From: an uncultured Planctomycetota bacterium
Lineage (GTDB): Bacteria; Planctomycetota; PLA2; JAEUHO01
Direction of reading: 5' to 3'
DNA: 64,000 nucleotides
Assembly: GCA_963752285.1 (NCBI GenBank)
Contig: CAVVXN010000005.1
Span: 1,568,001-1,632,000 of the forward strand
The notes under the pieces were generated by a model that saw nothing but the letters and a program-made list of their open reading frames with translations, did not search any database and was not told where the DNA came from. The position numbers were made by a program, and so were the translations under genes. Positions 60,422 through 64,000 of the stretch are shown one piece after another. Each line of letters opens with the position of its first letter. Positions within the stretch are counted from its first letter, which is position 1.

Positions 60422-60883
60422 GTGGGCACGTCTTCAGGTCTGAGCCCCGCCGCCGCCGCCGCGGCCGCGCGGGCGTGCGCATGTTTCAACTTCCGCCGCG
60501 CCGCGCGGGCGGTGACCCGCCTCTTCGACGAGGCGCTGCAGCCGAGCGGGCTCCGCCCGACGCAGTTCGTCGTCCTCGTCGCGATCCGCGCCGAGGACCC
60601 CGTCGGCCTCCCGACGCTCGCCGAGCGCCTCGACCTCGACCGGAGCGCCCTGACCCGCGCGCTGAAACCGCTGGAGTCCGCCGGCCTCGTGAAGGTCACC
60701 CAGAGCCCGGCCGGCGGCAGCGCGAAGGCGAGCCTCACCACGAAGGGGATGAATCGGGTCCTCAAGACGCTGCCGCTCTGGAAGTCCGCGCAGGCCCGCT
60801 TCGTGGAGCGCTTCGGAAGCGAGCGTTGGCCGGCGCTCCTCGAGGAGCTCGGCGAGGCGCACGAGGCCGCGGGGAACGCGTAG
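60422..60883 (+). CDS. MarR family transcriptional regulator
   Basis: CACFNFRRAAR.VT..FD.AL...GL..TQF; LAERLDLDRSALTRALKPLE..GLV; LTTKG. Confidence 0.9.
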   Translation: MGTSSGLSPAAAAAAARACACFNFRRAARAVTRLFDEALQPSGLRPTQFVVLVAIRAEDPVGLPTLAERLDLDRSALTRALKPLESAGLVKVTQSPAGGSAKASLTTKGMNRVLKTLPLWKSAQARFVERFGSERWPALLEELGEAHEAAGNA

Positions 60884-60995
60884 CCCGCCGCGCGGCCGCG
60901 GCGGGCGTCCCGGGTGACGCGGGCGACGCGGTCCCGGCGGCGCGCGCCGCGGTTTACGTCTCCGGCGGGTAGCATGCCGGCCCGGGAGGAACGTC

Positions 60996-61358
60996 ATGGG
61001 CTACGTGATCCACACGAACGAACAGTACGAGCCGCTCGAGGTGATCGAGGCGGGAGGCCTCGCCGACGCGTGCACGGAGCCCTGGTGGAACCAGACGCTC
61101 TGCCGCGTGAACGACTGCGTCGTCCGCCTCGGCGTGTTCCACGGCGAGTTCCACTGGCACAAGCACGACCGCGAGGACGAGCTGTTCTACGTGATGGAGG
61201 GGAAGCTCCTCCTCGACCTCGAGGGACGGACGTTGGAGCTGGGCCCGCGCCAGGGCGTGCTGGTGCCCCGCGGCGTCGTGCATCGCACCCGCGCGCCGGC
61301 GCGCACCGTCGTCCTGATGATCGAGGGCGCGACGGTCGTGGCGACCGGAGACGTGTAG
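60996..61358 (+). CDS. Cupin domain protein
   Basis: GEFHWHKHDREDELFYV, VPRGVVHRT; SD GGAGG. Confidence 0.92.
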   Translation: MGYVIHTNEQYEPLEVIEAGGLADACTEPWWNQTLCRVNDCVVRLGVFHGEFHWHKHDREDELFYVMEGKLLLDLEGRTLELGPRQGVLVPRGVVHRTRAPARTVVLMIEGATVVATGDV

Positions 61359-61379
61359 CGGGGACCGGCCGGCGGCCCG

Positions 61380-61528
61380 GAGCCCGTGAAGGAATGGGCC
61401 GAGGGCCCGAGGCCGAGCGAGAGGGCGCGAGGAGGAGGCGACCCCTCCGTGGGTCGCTGACGACGAGCGACGCCGCATCGCGGCGCCGCAGACGGCCGAA
61501 GCCCCGGACTCGATTCCCGCCCAGGCTC
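61380..61528. mobile_element. MITE-like non-autonomous element, about 149 bp
   Basis: Imperfect terminal inverted repeats GAGCCCGTGAAGGAAT / ATTCCCGCCCAGGCTC (12/16 match); central hairpin GCGACCC-N6-GGGTCGC; non-coding. Confidence 0.55.
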
Positions 61529-61687
61529 TCAGCCCGCCCCGGCGTCGTGGCCCTCGCGCCGGTCGCCCGGCGACCGCTTGGGCGGCGGCGCGGTCCGCCT
61601 GCCGCGACCCGACCCCGCGAGGTGGCGGAGCCACAGCGCCAGGACGACGAACGCGAGGATCAGGAGCGGGACGAACACGGCGCCCAG
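61529..61687 (-). CDS. Possible small single-TM protein
   Basis: Hydrophobic AVFVPLLILAFVVLALWL followed by a basic tail; start uncertain. Confidence 0.3.
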   Translation of the reverse strand: MGAVFVPLLILAFVVLALWLRHLAGSGRGRRTAPPPKRSPGDRREGHDAGAG

Positions 61688-61787
61688 TTTCGCGCGGGGG
61701 CCAGGGCGAGGCCCGGCGGGGCGCGGCCCGGCGCCGTCGCGGCGGGTAGAGTCGCGGGCCGAGGACCACGCCACGGGGGTTCGGACC

Positions 61788-64000
61788 ATGGCCGCGGAGG
61801 CGACGAGGGAACCGCAGGAGCCGGCGGAGACCGCGGCGGGGTCCGCACCGCGCGCGCCCGAGGCGGGCGGGACCGTCCGCCTCGACGTCGAGTACGACCC
61901 CTGCGTCAACTACGCCCTCCAACAGAACGCGGTCCCGGTCGTCCGGGGCGTGTGGATCGAGAACCTCTCCGACACGCCGATCGAGGACGTGGAGCTCACG
62001 ATCCGGGCCGAACCGGACCTCGCGTCGCCGGTCGTACGGCGGATCGACCGGATCCCCGGCCATCAGGGCCATCGACTCGCGAGCGTGGACCTCCCCCTCG
62101 GGCCGGCGCGGCTCGTGAACCAGATGGAGCGCGAGGCGGGCGAACTCGTGGTCGAGGTGCGGGCGAAGGGCGAGGTCGTCGCGACGACGCGCCGTCCCCT
62201 CGAGGTCCTCGCGTACGGGGAGTGGGCCGGGACGCGCTCGCTCCCCGAGATCCTCGCGGCCTTCGTGCTCCCGAACCATCCCGAGGTGGCGCGGATCCTC
62301 CTCCTCGCCCGGGAGCACCTGGGACGGGCCACGGGCAGCCCCGCGCTCGACGGGTACCAGTCGCACGACCCCGCGCGCGCCCGCGCGATCCTCGCCGCGA
62401 TCTACGCCGCCGTGTCCGGCCTCGAGATCACGTACGTGGCGCCGCCCGCGAGCTTCGAGCGCGAGGGGCAGAAGGTCCGCACGCCCGACCAGGTCGTCGA
62501 GGGCGGCCTCGGGACGTGTCTGGACCTCGCCCTCCTCGTCGCGGCCGCCCTGGAGCAGGCCGGGCTCTCGCCCCTCGTGGTCCTCTTCGAGGGCCACGCC
62601 CTCCCCGCCGTCTGGCTCGCGGACGACGCGTTCGTGGAGCCGATCGTGGACGACCCCACGCGGATCTCGAAGCGCGTCGCGCTGGGCGTGATCGAGGTCG
62701 TGGAGGCGACGGGCCTCGCGAACCGCCCCCCCGTGCCCTTCGAGGAGGCCGTGGCCCTCGCGCGGCGGCGCCTCGGATCGCCCGGGTCGTTCGCGTACGC
62801 GGTGGACGTCCGCGCGGCGAGGCGCCACAAGATCCGGCCGCTTCCCGTCCGGCTCGCCGACCCGACGTACGAGGCCGCGCCGGAGCTCCGTCCCGTCGTC
62901 CCCGCGCCGGACGCCCGGACGGGCGACGCGCGGTCCACCGCCCCCCCGGCGATCCCGTCGGCGACCGGGACCTCGCCCGGCGAAGGGGTGGAGGCGAACG
63001 CCGCGCCCGGGGGAGCCGCGGCGGAGGCCCTGCCGGTGGCGCCCCTCGTCGGCGCGGCGCGCGTCGAGCGCTGGAAGCGGAAGCTGCTCGACCTGACGCT
63101 TCGGAACCGGCTCCTGAACCACCGCGAGACGAAGACGGTCGTCCCCCTGCTCTGCCCGGACGTCGCGCGCTTCGAGGACCTGCTCTCGGCCGGGGAGACG
63201 TTCACGGTCCACCCGAGGACGCGCGAGCTCGACGGGCAAGATCCGCGCGACCCGGCGCTCTTCGCGAACCGGTCCGGCGAGGACCTCGTCCACTCGTTCC
63301 TCCTCGAGCAGATGGACCAGCGGATCCTCCGCGCGCCGCTCGACGACAAGGACCTCGACCGCCGCCTCGTCGAGATCTCGCGGACCGCGCGCACGAACCT
63401 CGAGGAGGGCGGCGCGAACACGCTCTACCTCGCGATCGGGTTCCTCCGGTGGTTCGAGACCCCGACGAGCACGACGGAGCGGCGCGCTCCGATCCTGCTC
63501 CTCCCGCTGGAGATCTCCCGGTCTTCGATGCTCGAACGGTTCCAATTTCGTCTCGCCGACGACGACCCGCGCATCAACGTAACGCTCCTCCAGAAGCTGA
63601 AGGTCGACTACGGCTTGGAGTCGGAGGGCTTCGACGAGCTCGAGACGGACGACTCGGGTCTCGACGTGCGGAGCATCCTCCAGCGCGTGCGCGCGCTCGT
63701 CCTGGCGCTCGACCGGTGGGACGTCGTCGAGGAGGTCGCGCTCGGGCACTTCTCGTTCACGAAGTACCTGATGTGGCTCGACCTCGAGAAGCGGAGCCAC
63801 GAGCTCGAGGAGAACGCGGTCGTCCGCCACCTGATCGAGTCGCCCACCGACCCGTGGCCGGTCGCGACCGATCTCCCGCGTCCCGAGGAGATCGACGAGC
63901 GCTGGAGCCCCGGATCGACGTTCTGCCCGCTCGACGCCGACAGCTCGCAGCTCTGCGCGGTCCACGCGGCCGCCGACGGCGCCACGTTCGTCCTCTGGGG
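61788..64000 (+). CDS. DUF4011-domain SF1 helicase (DUF3320/Vsr-type architecture), 5' part; runs off the window
   Basis: Open from ATG at 61788 to the window end (absent from the ORF track). VNYALQQN.VP, LAAFVLPNHP, PPASFE..GQKVRTP, GTCLDL...GHA, RWKRKLLDLTLRNRLLN, LEEGGANTLYLAIGFL, FSFTKYLMW.DL, PLDADSSQ. Confidence 0.9.
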   Translation, partial: MAAEATREPQEPAETAAGSAPRAPEAGGTVRLDVEYDPCVNYALQQNAVPVVRGVWIENLSDTPIEDVELTIRAEPDLASPVVRRIDRIPGHQGHRLASVDLPLGPARLVNQMEREAGELVVEVRAKGEVVATTRRPLEVLAYGEWAGTRSLPEILAAFVLPNHPEVARILLLAREHLGRATGSPALDGYQSHDPARARAILAAIYAAVSGLEITYVAPPASFEREGQKVRTPDQVVEGGLGTCLDLALLVAAALEQAGLSPLVVLFEGHALPAVWLADDAFVEPIVDDPTRISKRVALGVIEVVEATGLANRPPVPFEEAVALARRRLGSPGSFAYAVDVRAARRHKIRPLPVRLADPTYEAAPELRPVVPAPDARTGDARSTAPPAIPSATGTSPGEGVEANAAPGGAAAEALPVAPLVGAARVERWKRKLLDLTLRNRLLNHRETKTVVPLLCPDVARFEDLLSAGETFTVHPRTRELDGQDPRDPALFANRSGEDLVHSFLLEQMDQRILRAPLDDKDLDRRLVEISRTARTNLEEGGANTLYLAIGFLRWFETPTSTTERRAPILLLPLEISRSSMLERFQFRLADDDPRINVTLLQKLKVDYGLESEGFDELETDDSGLDVRSILQRVRALVLALDRWDVVEEVALGHFSFTKYLMWLDLEKRSHELEENAVVRHLIESPTDPWPVATDLPRPEEIDERWSPGSTFCPLDADSSQLCAVHAAADGATFVLW

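Noticed and set aside
61500..61530. tRNA/tmRNA T-arm-like sequence (GGACTCGATTCCC)
   Set aside because: No cloverleaf, TTC loop or CCA end; better explained as the MITE-like terminal repeat

Overview
Very GC-rich bacterial DNA (roughly 70-75% by eye), densely coding, with about 55 protein genes and no rRNA, tRNA or CRISPR array that I can support. The gene content suggests a Planctomycetota-like organism (inference): a DUF1570-like HExxH protein, a DWG-type Ser/Thr kinase-WD40, a vWA-like protein and Zn-ribbon membrane proteins. Housekeeping and transport genes include an RRM protein, YbaK, an AmmeMemoRadiSam radical SAM enzyme, a MacB-type ABC pair, a liv operon, a polar amino-acid ABC operon, a PLP decarboxylase, malic enzyme, phosphoglucomutase and a RIO kinase. 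The most notable elements are: (1) a secreted tandem-C2 protein head-to-head with a patatin phospholipase, followed by a secreted Tgl-like transglutaminase; (2) a Rieske/cytochrome b complex with a decaheme cytochrome and an ImcH/NapC-like hexaheme cytochrome instead of cytochrome c1; (3) a leader peptide upstream of the RIO kinase, followed by a 14-nt repeat that places UGA in all three frames; (4) a decayed, frameshifted sigma54 activator; (5) a secreted protein with 8/9-residue periodic hairpin symmetry; (6) a 4xCHRD + 4xIg lipoprotein with a palindromic operator next to a MarR gene; (7) a MITE-like element; (8) a DUF4011 helicase (Hhe-like defence candidate) that runs off the right end and is missing from the ORF track. 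All family assignments come from motifs read by eye, not from database searches.
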